From an uncultured Gammaproteobacteria bacterium (GTDB taxonomy: Bacteria; Patescibacteriota; Patescibacteriia; Magasanikbacterales; JBBTXJ01): DNA of 46,467 nucleotides. The notes beneath the pieces were generated by a model. That model did not search any database and was not told where the DNA came from. It worked only from the letters and a program-made list of their open reading frames with translations. The DNA lies in NCBI GenBank assembly GCA_964610305.1, contig CAZSVL010000007.1, forward strand, positions 7,742 through 54,208, in the 5' to 3' direction. Position numbers and translations under genes: made by a program. Below, in pieces: positions 36,797 through 45,265 of this stretch (position 1 is its first letter; every line of letters begins with the position of its first letter).

Positions 36797-36976
36797 TTAG
36801 GCTGGCACACAAACCCAAGTGACACGGATGTGCTCTCGTGCCATCACCGCGTGAGTTCCCTCACCAAGATCCTTGCCGACGTCCTTAGGATCATGCGAGT
36901 AGCTTACCCGCGATTCTTCCCTTGCTGACAGCACAAAGTTCCCTGCCACATTGCTTCCGAATACACAAGTTCTCAT
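36797..36976 (-). CDS. small hypothetical protein (59 aa)
   Basis: SD AAGGAGG before ATG 36976; promoter TTGACA-17-TAGAGT upstream. Confidence 0.55.
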   Translation of the reverse strand: MRTCVFGSNVAGNFVLSAREESRVSYSHDPKDVGKDLGEGTHAVMAREHIRVTWVCVPA

Positions 36977-37072
36977 TTTGCCTCCTTCTGGTGACACTGC
37001 ACATCTGCTGAAACTCTAACACACTTTAGCCATCTTGTCAAGGACGCAAAGCCGCGCTATACTACCTTCTCT

Positions 37073-38032
37073 ATGCGATATCTCATCACGTACTGGTCTT
37101 TCATTTTTATCATAATTTCGCTCTTCTCAGCGGCTTTTTTTGCTATTGTTTGGTCGCAACGTGGGGTAAAAAATTATAAGTCGCTTTGGTTTGGTCGTAC
37201 TCACCTTGCCGGTTTTTTGTCTGCTAGCGCGCTTCTGTGCTCAATTCTGCTTTTGTACATGATCTCTGAAACTCAGCAGCTCATAGTCAAAAACGTGTCT
37301 TATAACATGAATCTTGGTGAGCCTCTCAAAATTGCGCTGATTGCTGATACGCAAACCACACTACATAAAAGAGAGTCTTACATTCAACAAGTTGTTGATC
37401 GCATTTTGGAACAAGACGTAGACGCTGTTTTTTTTGCGGGGGACATGATTAACAACGAGCTCCCTCTAGATGATGAGCTGCCGCACTTAGCCCCCCTAAA
37501 GACGCTAGCGCAAAACGTGCCTGTGTACGCTGTCTTGGGAAATCACGAATACGGTATTAGTAATCCCATCATGCCCGCTGTTCACCCCAATGTTTCTCAA
37601 GTAGTTTATGACTACATGAAATCACTTGGCGTTCATATGCTGGTTAGCGAGCTTGTCTTTTTAGAAAAAAACGGCGAGACCGTGCTAGAACTGTATGGCT
37701 TTGATGATCTCTGGAACCCCGTTTTCCAGCAGCCTACGCTACCACAAAAAAATCATCCCAGAATAGTAATGTCACACAATCCGGACGGTGTGTATCTGGT
37801 TGACACCAGCACCGCAGATATGGTAGTATCAGGCCACACTCATGGTGGCCAGGTGCGGTTTCCCTTCTACGGAGCCAGCACAGACGTGGCCACCAGACTT
37901 GAAAAAAAGTATTACAAAGGTGCCAGCGAGCACAATGGTGTACCGCTATACGTTACCTCTGGACTGGGAGAGAGCGGCCCTCCGGTTCGCCTTTTCAACC
38001 TGCCAGAGATAGTAATACTGACTATACAATAG
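37073..38032 (+). CDS. membrane-anchored metallophosphoesterase (YkuE-like)
   Basis: IADTQ, AGD, LGNHE, SHNPD, SGHTHGGQ. Confidence 0.92.
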   Translation: MRYLITYWSFIFIIISLFSAAFFAIVWSQRGVKNYKSLWFGRTHLAGFLSASALLCSILLLYMISETQQLIVKNVSYNMNLGEPLKIALIADTQTTLHKRESYIQQVVDRILEQDVDAVFFAGDMINNELPLDDELPHLAPLKTLAQNVPVYAVLGNHEYGISNPIMPAVHPNVSQVVYDYMKSLGVHMLVSELVFLEKNGETVLELYGFDDLWNPVFQQPTLPQKNHPRIVMSHNPDGVYLVDTSTADMVVSGHTHGGQVRFPFYGASTDVATRLEKKYYKGASEHNGVPLYVTSGLGESGPPVRLFNLPEIVILTIQ

Positions 38033-38122
38033 TCATTGCGAAGGGGCGCATGCCCCTGTGGCAATCCCGTGAATATCACAGACTGTTAAGCAACGGGATC
38101 GCTTCGCTTCACTCGCGATGAC
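38032..38122. repeat. inverted pair of GTC-tagged REP-like palindromes
   Basis: GTCATTGCGA...GCAATCCCGT (38032-38070) and ACGGGATCGC...TCGCGATGAC (38093-38122). Confidence 0.7.
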
Positions 38123-38129
38123 AGACCAT

Positions 38130-38203
38130 GTCAGGGTAGCTCAGATGGTTAGAGCGCGGGACTCATAACCCCGAGGTCGGGAGTTCGATCCTCCCCCCTG
38201 ACA
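38130..38203 (+). tRNA. tRNA with CAT anticodon (elongator Met or lysidine-type Ile2)
   Basis: GTCAGGG/CCCTGAC acceptor, CGGGA-CTCATAA-CCCCG anticodon arm, GGGAGTTCGATCCTCCC. No encoded CCA. Confidence 0.88.
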
Positions 38204-38251
38204 CGAGAAAGTAGGAAAATCCAAGCACCGCCCAACACGGTAGGAGGTCTG

Positions 38252-38902
38252 GTGGCTATCACATTTGTAATAGTAAACCTGGTAATGGCCCATGTGATCC
38301 TTTTTTATTGGATCAAAGATATGGGCGGCGTAGAAAAAACTAAGAAAATGGTGCGTGCCTTTGGTCTAAACACCGTATTTGGCTTCTTTGCTTCCTACGG
38401 CCCGTTAATGCTAATCTATGTGCTGTTTCCAAAAACACCTTATGTGCTGAATCTGGGCTGGTCCAGACTTGTTACAGACGCACATAGCAATGTCAATTTA
38501 GCGCTCCCACTGAAGGCAGCCCAAGAATCAACACTCGGACTCATTTTATTTAGTTGGCTCATACCTGTCTTATGCGCCTGCCTTCCAGTACTTGCGTACG
38601 CGGAAGAGTGTATCTTTCGACATAAACGCATCAGCTGGGCAGCAATACTGCCGGCCAGCATTGCTTTTGGATTCGCTCACGCCCTTGTTGCAGGAATACC
38701 CATAAGGGCTGGCCTGGAACTATCGTGGGTGGGGCTGTTTTACGCACTGGTTTATAGGAGAGCCTACGTTGCTTCAGTAGGCGTGGAAGGTGCTCACCTG
38801 GCTCATGAAAATGCTCTCCTGACATCTTCTTCTTACCACCTCTTTAACAATACCATTGTGGTAGGACTCTTCTTTATATTTACGATATACGGTTTTTTTT
38901 AA
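38252..38902 (+). CDS. CPBP/Abi (CAAX protease-like) intramembrane protein
   Basis: EExxFR (AEECIFR), FxxxH (FGFAH), HxxxN (HLFNN). SD AGGAGG. Confidence 0.85.
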   Translation: MAITFVIVNLVMAHVILFYWIKDMGGVEKTKKMVRAFGLNTVFGFFASYGPLMLIYVLFPKTPYVLNLGWSRLVTDAHSNVNLALPLKAAQESTLGLILFSWLIPVLCACLPVLAYAEECIFRHKRISWAAILPASIAFGFAHALVAGIPIRAGLELSWVGLFYALVYRRAYVASVGVEGAHLAHENALLTSSSYHLFNNTIVVGLFFIFTIYGFF

Positions 38903-38942
38903 GACGCTCCCACCCCGGGAGTTTTTTTGATATAATGGCCGC

Positions 38943-39842
38943 ATGGATTGGGTGTACATAGCGCTTGGAGCCTACGTACTACAGGCTATTGTATTTGCAA
39001 TAGACTCTGTTGTTGTTACCAAACATTTGAAAAACGCAACGTCATATGCGTTTTTTGTTTCTCTTTTGGGACTTTTTGCAGTTTTGCTGGCTCCGTGGGG
39101 ATTTGAGATGGTTAGGCAAACAACGTTGATCACGGCGCTCTTTGCCGGCACAGCCTTTACCTTTGGAACGCTCTTTTTTTATCGCGCTCTTCACGTGCAC
39201 GAGGCTTCTCGTGTGGTACCCGTTGTAGGCGGCATGGTTCCGGTTTTTGCCTTTGCGCTGTCGTTTATTTTTCTTCCGGAGCAGCTTCCTTCCACTCAGA
39301 TATTGTCTTTTGTTATTTTGGTAACCGGTACAGTTTTAATTACCTATCCATTCCATAGAAATACCAAGCACCACATGAAACCCGCCATCATTGGCGAGAT
39401 GCTTTTTGCGGCACTGCTGTTTGCGTGCTGGGGCACACTTTCTAAACGTGTCTTCTTGGACACAAATTTCATAAACGGACTCATATGGATCCGTTTGGGT
39501 GCGGCGGCAGGAGGATTACTCCTCTTATTTGGAGGCAGGCTGAGAAAAGAAATATTGCATGGTAAACGAAGACTAAAAGTACACTCTGGAGGACTCATTA
39601 TAGGAAACAAAATGCTCAGTGCCGTTGCCACCATAGCACTCACCTACGCGATTGCTATTGGAAACACAACTCTGGTACACGCATTGCAAGGCGTTCAATT
39701 TGTTTTCCTTTTTGGTATTGTGGTAATTCTGTCTCACTGGTTTCCAAAATTTTTCAAAGAAGATCTGCGTCCCAGTCTTATTGCTCAAAAGCTAGGCTCT
39801 AGTATATTAATCGCCGCTGGTGTGGCCATGCTTTTGATATGA
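38943..39842 (+). CDS. DMT/EamA-family transporter
   Basis: About 10 TM segments in two repeats; ASRVVP motif. Confidence 0.8.
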   Translation: MDWVYIALGAYVLQAIVFAIDSVVVTKHLKNATSYAFFVSLLGLFAVLLAPWGFEMVRQTTLITALFAGTAFTFGTLFFYRALHVHEASRVVPVVGGMVPVFAFALSFIFLPEQLPSTQILSFVILVTGTVLITYPFHRNTKHHMKPAIIGEMLFAALLFACWGTLSKRVFLDTNFINGLIWIRLGAAAGGLLLLFGGRLRKEILHGKRRLKVHSGGLIIGNKMLSAVATIALTYAIAIGNTTLVHALQGVQFVFLFGIVVILSHWFPKFFKEDLRPSLIAQKLGSSILIAAGVAMLLI

Positions 39843-41146
39843 ACAATGACAAACTAAAAGCAATCTGCGCCACATGCCACACGCACGATCACAAACCTTT
39901 AAAATTCCCTAAGGGCTTCTTGTGGGGTGCAGCCACATCCGCTCATCAAGTAGAAGGAGGAAATGATAACAATGATTGGTGGGCATGGGAACAAGAGGGA
40001 AAGCATATTAAAAATAACGACACCTCTGGCGCTGCTACTGATCATTTCAATAGATTTGAAGAAGATTTTGATCTCGCAAAAAAACTCAAACACAACACAC
40101 ATAGATTCTCTATTGAGTGGAGCAGAATAGAACCAAAACCAGGCGTATTTAACAATGCAGCGCTAGATCATTATGAAGACGTGCTAAAAGCGCTCAAAAA
40201 AAGAAAACTAGAGCCCATGGTAACGCTGCATCACTTCACCAATCCACTTTGGTTTTCTCAAAAGGGTGGCTGGCAAAAGCACGCAAGTCCACATTATTTT
40301 AACCGCTATGTAGAAAAAGTAGTTAAACGCTACAAAAAATATGCAACCCTTTGGTGCACTATTAATGAACCGTTTGTATACGCATCAAATAGCTATATAC
40401 AAGGTAATTGGCCGCCTCAGAAAAAGAGTCTTTGGGCTACACGCAGAGTACTCTCTCATATGGCAGACGCGCATTATATGGCATACAAAACCATCCATCG
40501 CGCTTATCCAAAAAACAAAAGGCCGCACGTAGGTTTTGCCCATAACCACATATCCTTTACGCACTACGGAAACGGTATCAAGGATTATTTATTTGAATGG
40601 CTCCTCAACAACATCTGGAATGGCTGGTTTTACAGAAAAACTAGAGGGACCCATGATTTTATAGGTCTTAACTATTACTTTTATCACCGTATAAAAAAAG
40701 GAAGCAGTGCCTATTCCGCATCAGATGCCGACAGAGACGTAACCGACATGGGGTGGGAAATCTACCCAGGAGGCATATTTAGGGCCCTCATAGAGCTCTC
40801 AACGCATAATTTGCCTATATACATTACAGAGAATGGCCTAGCTTCCGTAAATGACCACAGAAGATCGCGTTTTATTGTGGCGCACCTTAAAGAGGTGTAC
40901 CACGCAATAAAAGCCGGAGTAGATGTAAAAGGCTATTACCATTGGTCACTCACGGATAATTTTGAATGGGACAAAGGATTTGCGCCTCGGTTTGGCTTAA
41001 CACACATTGATTACGATAATAATTTTAAAAGAACCCCACGCAACAGCGCCAACGTCTTAGCCAGAATCGCTAAAGAAAATGCTATTAACCATGATCTGCT
41101 CAGATTTATTGGCCATGATGCAAAAGATGAACCAGCCGTAAAATAA
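39839..41146 (+). CDS. glycoside hydrolase family 1 (beta-glucosidase-like)
   Basis: FPKGFLWGAATSAHQVEG, RFSIEWSRI, TINEP, ITENG, DNFEW. Confidence 0.96.
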   Translation: MNNDKLKAICATCHTHDHKPLKFPKGFLWGAATSAHQVEGGNDNNDWWAWEQEGKHIKNNDTSGAATDHFNRFEEDFDLAKKLKHNTHRFSIEWSRIEPKPGVFNNAALDHYEDVLKALKKRKLEPMVTLHHFTNPLWFSQKGGWQKHASPHYFNRYVEKVVKRYKKYATLWCTINEPFVYASNSYIQGNWPPQKKSLWATRRVLSHMADAHYMAYKTIHRAYPKNKRPHVGFAHNHISFTHYGNGIKDYLFEWLLNNIWNGWFYRKTRGTHDFIGLNYYFYHRIKKGSSAYSASDADRDVTDMGWEIYPGGIFRALIELSTHNLPIYITENGLASVNDHRRSRFIVAHLKEVYHAIKAGVDVKGYYHWSLTDNFEWDKGFAPRFGLTHIDYDNNFKRTPRNSANVLARIAKENAINHDLLRFIGHDAKDEPAVK

Positions 41147-41147
41147 C

Positions 41148-42233
41148 ATGCCTAAAAAAAGCAAAAAAAAGAGCATTGCGCAGATAGAGATCCACAGAAT
41201 TGATAAGATGATCTCTCATCTGTGGCATCATTCCCACAAGCATCGCGTTGCTATGGCCAGCGTTATCTTTTTAATCTTCTTTGCTGTAATTTGGGCGCTC
41301 ATGTTTAAACTTGATTTTAGCAAGCCCAATGAAGAAATTACCTATGGCGTTACGTTCAGCAAACAACACGCAGAATTTTTGCAGCTTAATTGGCAAGACA
41401 ATCTCATAGCTGCACTGGATGATCTAGAAATTAGGCACTTTAGAATCCCAGCATATTGGAGTGAAATAGAACCCGTGGACGATCAGTTTGATTTTTCTGC
41501 ACTTGACTGGCAGATAGAGCAGATAGGCAAGCGAGGCGGCACCGTGATTCTGGCGGTTGGCCAGCGCACACCGCGATGGCCGGAATGCCACATACCTTCT
41601 TGGGCAGAAAATTTGGACACGGGAGCTCAGCAGCAAAAAATTCTTCAGATGTTGCCCGTTGTGATTTCCCGATATGAGGACAACCCTACCATAATCAGAT
41701 GGCAGGTAGAAAACGAGCCGCTCTTAGGACTGTTTGGCGAGTGTCCACGTCCCGACGAGGACTTTTTGCAAAAAGAAATTGCGCTTGTAAGACGCATGGA
41801 TTCCACCAAACCCATAATGAGCACGGCAAGTGGCGAATTAGGCGATTGGGACGGTACAGGAGAGCATGTAGATATTTTAGGCGTATCGCTCTACAGAACC
41901 ATCTGGAAGCCGCTGCTTGGCTATTTTGACTACCCTCTGCCAGCTGCGTTTTACACCCTCAGAGCAAAAGCCACCATGCGCACCGTACCAAAAATTGTCC
42001 TCTCAGAGATGCAGGCAGAACCGTGGCTTCCAGGAGCGCCACCAGATATTCCCTTTGATGAGCAATACAGATCTATGAATTCAGAAGTTTTTGAAGACAC
42101 ACTCGCCTATTCCAGAGCGGCTGGTTTTGATGAAATATACCTCTGGGGGCTGGAGTGGTGGTATTGGCTGAAAACTTCTCACAACAAGCCGGCCATGTGG
42201 GAAACCGCGCGGACTCTTTGGGGAAAAAATTGA
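41148..42233 (+). CDS. membrane-anchored clan GH-A glycoside hydrolase
   Basis: N-terminal TM, YW..IEP, PRWPECH, WQVENEP, SEMQAEPW. Confidence 0.8.
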   Translation: MPKKSKKKSIAQIEIHRIDKMISHLWHHSHKHRVAMASVIFLIFFAVIWALMFKLDFSKPNEEITYGVTFSKQHAEFLQLNWQDNLIAALDDLEIRHFRIPAYWSEIEPVDDQFDFSALDWQIEQIGKRGGTVILAVGQRTPRWPECHIPSWAENLDTGAQQQKILQMLPVVISRYEDNPTIIRWQVENEPLLGLFGECPRPDEDFLQKEIALVRRMDSTKPIMSTASGELGDWDGTGEHVDILGVSLYRTIWKPLLGYFDYPLPAAFYTLRAKATMRTVPKIVLSEMQAEPWLPGAPPDIPFDEQYRSMNSEVFEDTLAYSRAAGFDEIYLWGLEWWYWLKTSHNKPAMWETARTLWGKN

Positions 42234-42356
42234 AAAGAATTGTAGTATATAATTTGACGAACCCTCCTCTCTCTTTGCACATACCTTCGTCCGACTTCGC
42301 CGGACTCCGGGGACTTAACATCAGCATCGCGGAGGGTTATTTCGCTAACGCGAAAT

Positions 42357-42386
42357 AAAAAAATGCCGTATCTCAGATACACGGCA
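42357..42386 (-). terminator. intrinsic terminator of the large RNA
   Basis: Minus strand TGCCGTGTATCTGAGATACGGCA followed by T7. Confidence 0.8.
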
Positions 42387-43809
42387 GGAGATGAAGGTGA
42401 TAGGAAGTTCACCATCTTCTGGTCCTGCTAGACTGTTTCTAAGGTTTTAACGCCCTAGTCATATCTTGCAGAATCATCTCTTTATTTGGTAAGCCTTTTT
42501 GCGCTGACAACGCTTTTGATAGGCAAACATCTCACCGAACCCTTAACCTGCGTTAACAAGTCCTCGGGACCAGATTCCGATACGCTACTACTACAGAGCT
42601 GATCATTCTCGTCGCTACCGCGTCTTCCGAAGAATACGCCGTTTACCAGAGACTAACCACCTTCCGCAGATGCACCACTACTTTTGATCGCAAGACGTCC
42701 GAAGACTTCCCGCAAAGTAGCTCTGCCCAAATCATTGGTCATATCGGTTTTTCCGTTTTTACTTTGTCCACTTGCGTGGTTCCTAATGCTCTCCAGGCTT
42801 TTTTACGGCCTGTTTTCAGATTAAGCTGCCTGCGCAAGCGCAAACTTCTTTATCTTCAGATCACATCCAAAGTTTTGAGGCGTGAGGATGGAATTCCTCT
42901 TTTACCCATCTGCTTTCAGTCCTCCAGCCACTTGCGCAGCTAAAGTTCCTATACCTTGGTGCATCGGATGCACTTCCGGTCAACTTCTGCCATTGTCCTC
43001 CGCCGCGCAAGCGCAACGGACTTCTCTGGCATCAACGATGGATACTGACTTTTATTCACTTCCTTGATTAAACGATCACGCTACTTAGAATCACGGCCCT
43101 TTTTACGGGGCTGCGAAACTTATAGTAGTGCGTCTGCGCGTCTCCCTCTAGATGAAACCGAAGTCTCACATTTCAGGATTAACGCAGCAACCTCACTCTC
43201 TCAAAGATGCGTACCTCTCCTCTCACAGAGAGATCATCAGCATTGGCTTTTGCGTGCTTGTTCTTCTGATAACCTGTTCCAACGATCCCAGTGGCGAGAA
43301 CTCTTTCCCCCAAGGTTTCCCCCAGAGTAGCCCAAGGTTTCCCCCAAGCAAAGCTCAGCTTCTGAAAACGTCTTTGGCAAGATGTTCCGATCTTACCCAG
43401 CAGCTCCACATCCGCAGTCCGAAGACCACAGTGTTTTACTACAGACAGGTGCTCAAACACACCGCGTTGCCTCTTGAGTGCTCTTTCCGCTCGCTCTCAC
43501 GAATGGTTTTTGCACGGTTGTAATGATCTGGGTGTCAACCTTTTCATCAAAACCCTCAACGTACTCGGCTTACACATTAACTAGTCTGAACCTGTTGCTA
43601 TTGCCCCAGGTGACCCAGAGCCTCGGTGATACCGCTGCGGAGGTTTTACCCCCACGCATCGGCCGCCGTACGCTCCAGATTCCACTACGGTTTTTTAGGC
43701 CGCAATGTCTGCTAGCACTGTGCTTATCTTTAGAGCAGCTTTGTTTCACGCTGCGTCTGGGAAGCCAATTCCCCATCGCTTTTGACGGCAGTAACCGTTT
43801 TTGGCGACA
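42357..43809 (-). ncRNA. candidate giant structured non-coding RNA (~1.45 kb)
   Basis: No credible ORF. Promoter at 43816-43844, terminator at 42357-42386, four cUUCGg and several GNRA hairpins, all on the minus strand. Confidence 0.75.
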
Positions 43810-43815
43810 AGAGTT

Positions 43816-43844
43816 ATACTACATGAGCTACAATATGGTGTCAA
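43816..43844 (-). promoter_or_regulatory. sigma70-type promoter of the large RNA
   Basis: Minus strand TTGACA(43844-43839)-17 nt-TAGTAT(43821-43816). Confidence 0.7.
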
Positions 43845-43852
43845 GTATTACA

Positions 43853-43950
43853 TGTGGATAACCTATTTTTTGGCTAAAATATAACAAAAAAATTGGCCTC
43901 TTGCGCCAATTTTTTTGATCACCAATGACAATCTATGCAACTTATCCACA
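43853..43950. promoter_or_regulatory. two consensus DnaA boxes flanking a terminator hairpin
   Basis: TGTGGATAA 43853-43861 and TTATCCACA 43942-43950; AAAAAAATTGGC/GCCAATTTTTTT hairpin between them. Confidence 0.55.
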
Positions 43951-43952
43951 TT

Positions 43953-44750
43953 TTAGAGTATTTCTACGGACGAAACCGTCTCAAATTCAAGCAAAGTCTT
44001 TAAAATTTGCCTCCGTGCCAACCTTTTATCACATTGACCTTTTATTTCGTCAAAAGCGTTAGATAATCTCACCTTTGCTTTTCCATCTTCTATCACAAGG
44101 CTCTCTAGACTTACCCCAAAGGGCATGGCGGTATAGGTACCCTCGTCTTTTTCACGTTGTGTTGGACCAGCAAAAAGAAGCTCTAATGCCGCAGAGCCTA
44201 CCGCCGGTGTTTTTGGCACCATACGCTCATACGCCTGCACCTTACTGCAATGACCTTCTCTTGGCGCAAAAAATACAAGCAACGGAACCTGCTCGCTTGC
44301 AACTTCCAATGGCACCTTAACCATATTTATAGGCAAACCGCTTTTTGCAGACTCCTCGTAAACCTCAAGCGTAATGAGATCTCCAGGCTCTCCTTGAAAC
44401 TCAACCGCTCTTAAAAAGGGACCAGGAATATGCATATCTGGCTGCTGCGCCGTTGCAAAAGAGGTGCCCACCTCATTTCCCTGCTGGTCTCTAATGCCGA
44501 TCACTACGGTACCCTCAAATGCTCGAGCCTGTCCCGTAACAATAAGAGGGCTAGCCACTAGTGCATGAGCTTTTGGCAGCGTGACTTCTATATCATTGTT
44601 AGATACAACAACAATAGGCTCATCCTCCTCTAAAGAATTTTCTATTTGAGCGGTCGGTGCCACCACACCACCACGCGCGTCAATCCAAATAAATACTACC
44701 AAAAAAACAAGGGCAAGCGCCCCCATCAGTATCCATTTTTTCTTTTTCAT
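43953..44750 (-). CDS. membrane-anchored Gmad2 Ig-like plus GerMN domain protein
   Basis: P......SPL.V.G.ARAFEG, ALELLFAGPT..E, QI.KTL..F..V..VEI. ATG 44750 overlaps the upstream stop (ATGA). Confidence 0.85.
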   Translation of the reverse strand: MKKKKWILMGALALVFLVVFIWIDARGGVVAPTAQIENSLEEDEPIVVVSNNDIEVTLPKAHALVASPLIVTGQARAFEGTVVIGIRDQQGNEVGTSFATAQQPDMHIPGPFLRAVEFQGEPGDLITLEVYEESAKSGLPINMVKVPLEVASEQVPLLVFFAPREGHCSKVQAYERMVPKTPAVGSAALELLFAGPTQREKDEGTYTAMPFGVSLESLVIEDGKAKVRLSNAFDEIKGQCDKRLARRQILKTLLEFETVSSVEIL

Positions 44751-45262
44751 AGACTCATTCTTATCCAATCATATATACCGTCTGCCCCCAAAGTGATTGC
44801 AGTAACAATAAAGGCTGCAAGAATGATACCGCCTAAAATAAACGGGAGGGCCAATTTTTTTGGAATGCCAAAAAGCCATGCCGCTACAGAGCCAGTCCAT
44901 GAACCGGTCAAAGGCAAGGGAATTCCGACAAAAAACATGAGGGCAAGCGCTCCGTATTTAGCATGTTTTTTAGCAAATTTACGATCCGTGCGCGCAAAAA
45001 CCCAATCCCAAAACCTTTTGCATGTCTTAGATTTTTTAGAGCACCACTCGCTTGCGGGAGCAATTAGATACAAAATAAACAGGGCAGGAATCAAATCTCC
45101 CACAACAGAATAAAATATAGCCTGCCAAACCGGCAAATCATATATAGTTATAGCTATAGGCACTGATGCACGCAGCTCTGTTACCGGAATCATGGCAATT
45201 AAAAAAGTAGCCAGCTGCGGCGGCAGGGACGAAAACCAATCTATAAATATGTGTGGATCCAT
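44747..45262 (-). CDS. putative small multi-drug export protein (COG2426)
   Basis: MIPVTELRASVPIA, FVGIPLPLTGSWTG. Confidence 0.9.
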   Translation of the reverse strand: MDPHIFIDWFSSLPPQLATFLIAMIPVTELRASVPIAITIYDLPVWQAIFYSVVGDLIPALFILYLIAPASEWCSKKSKTCKRFWDWVFARTDRKFAKKHAKYGALALMFFVGIPLPLTGSWTGSVAAWLFGIPKKLALPFILGGIILAAFIVTAITLGADGIYDWIRMSL

Positions 45263-45265
45263 ATG

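Noticed and set aside
42290-42330. Hammerhead ribozyme (minus-strand CUGAUG...GAAG)
   Set aside because: Lacks the CUGAUGA/GAAA core with correctly placed stems.
42357-43809. Reading the large RNA as 16S rRNA, tmRNA, RNase P RNA or a group I/II intron
   Set aside because: The length is 16S-like but no universal rRNA blocks are visible. There is no tRNA-like end, no GAGGAAAGUCC, no domain V and no interrupted host gene. CAGAGACTA at about 42647 resembles a group I P7 strand but is on the opposite strand and has no partner.
42882-43861. Short ORFs (61-127 aa) on both strands in the 42.3-43.9 kb gap
   Set aside because: They overlap each other, lack SD or motif support and have atypical composition. 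A structured RNA explains the region better.
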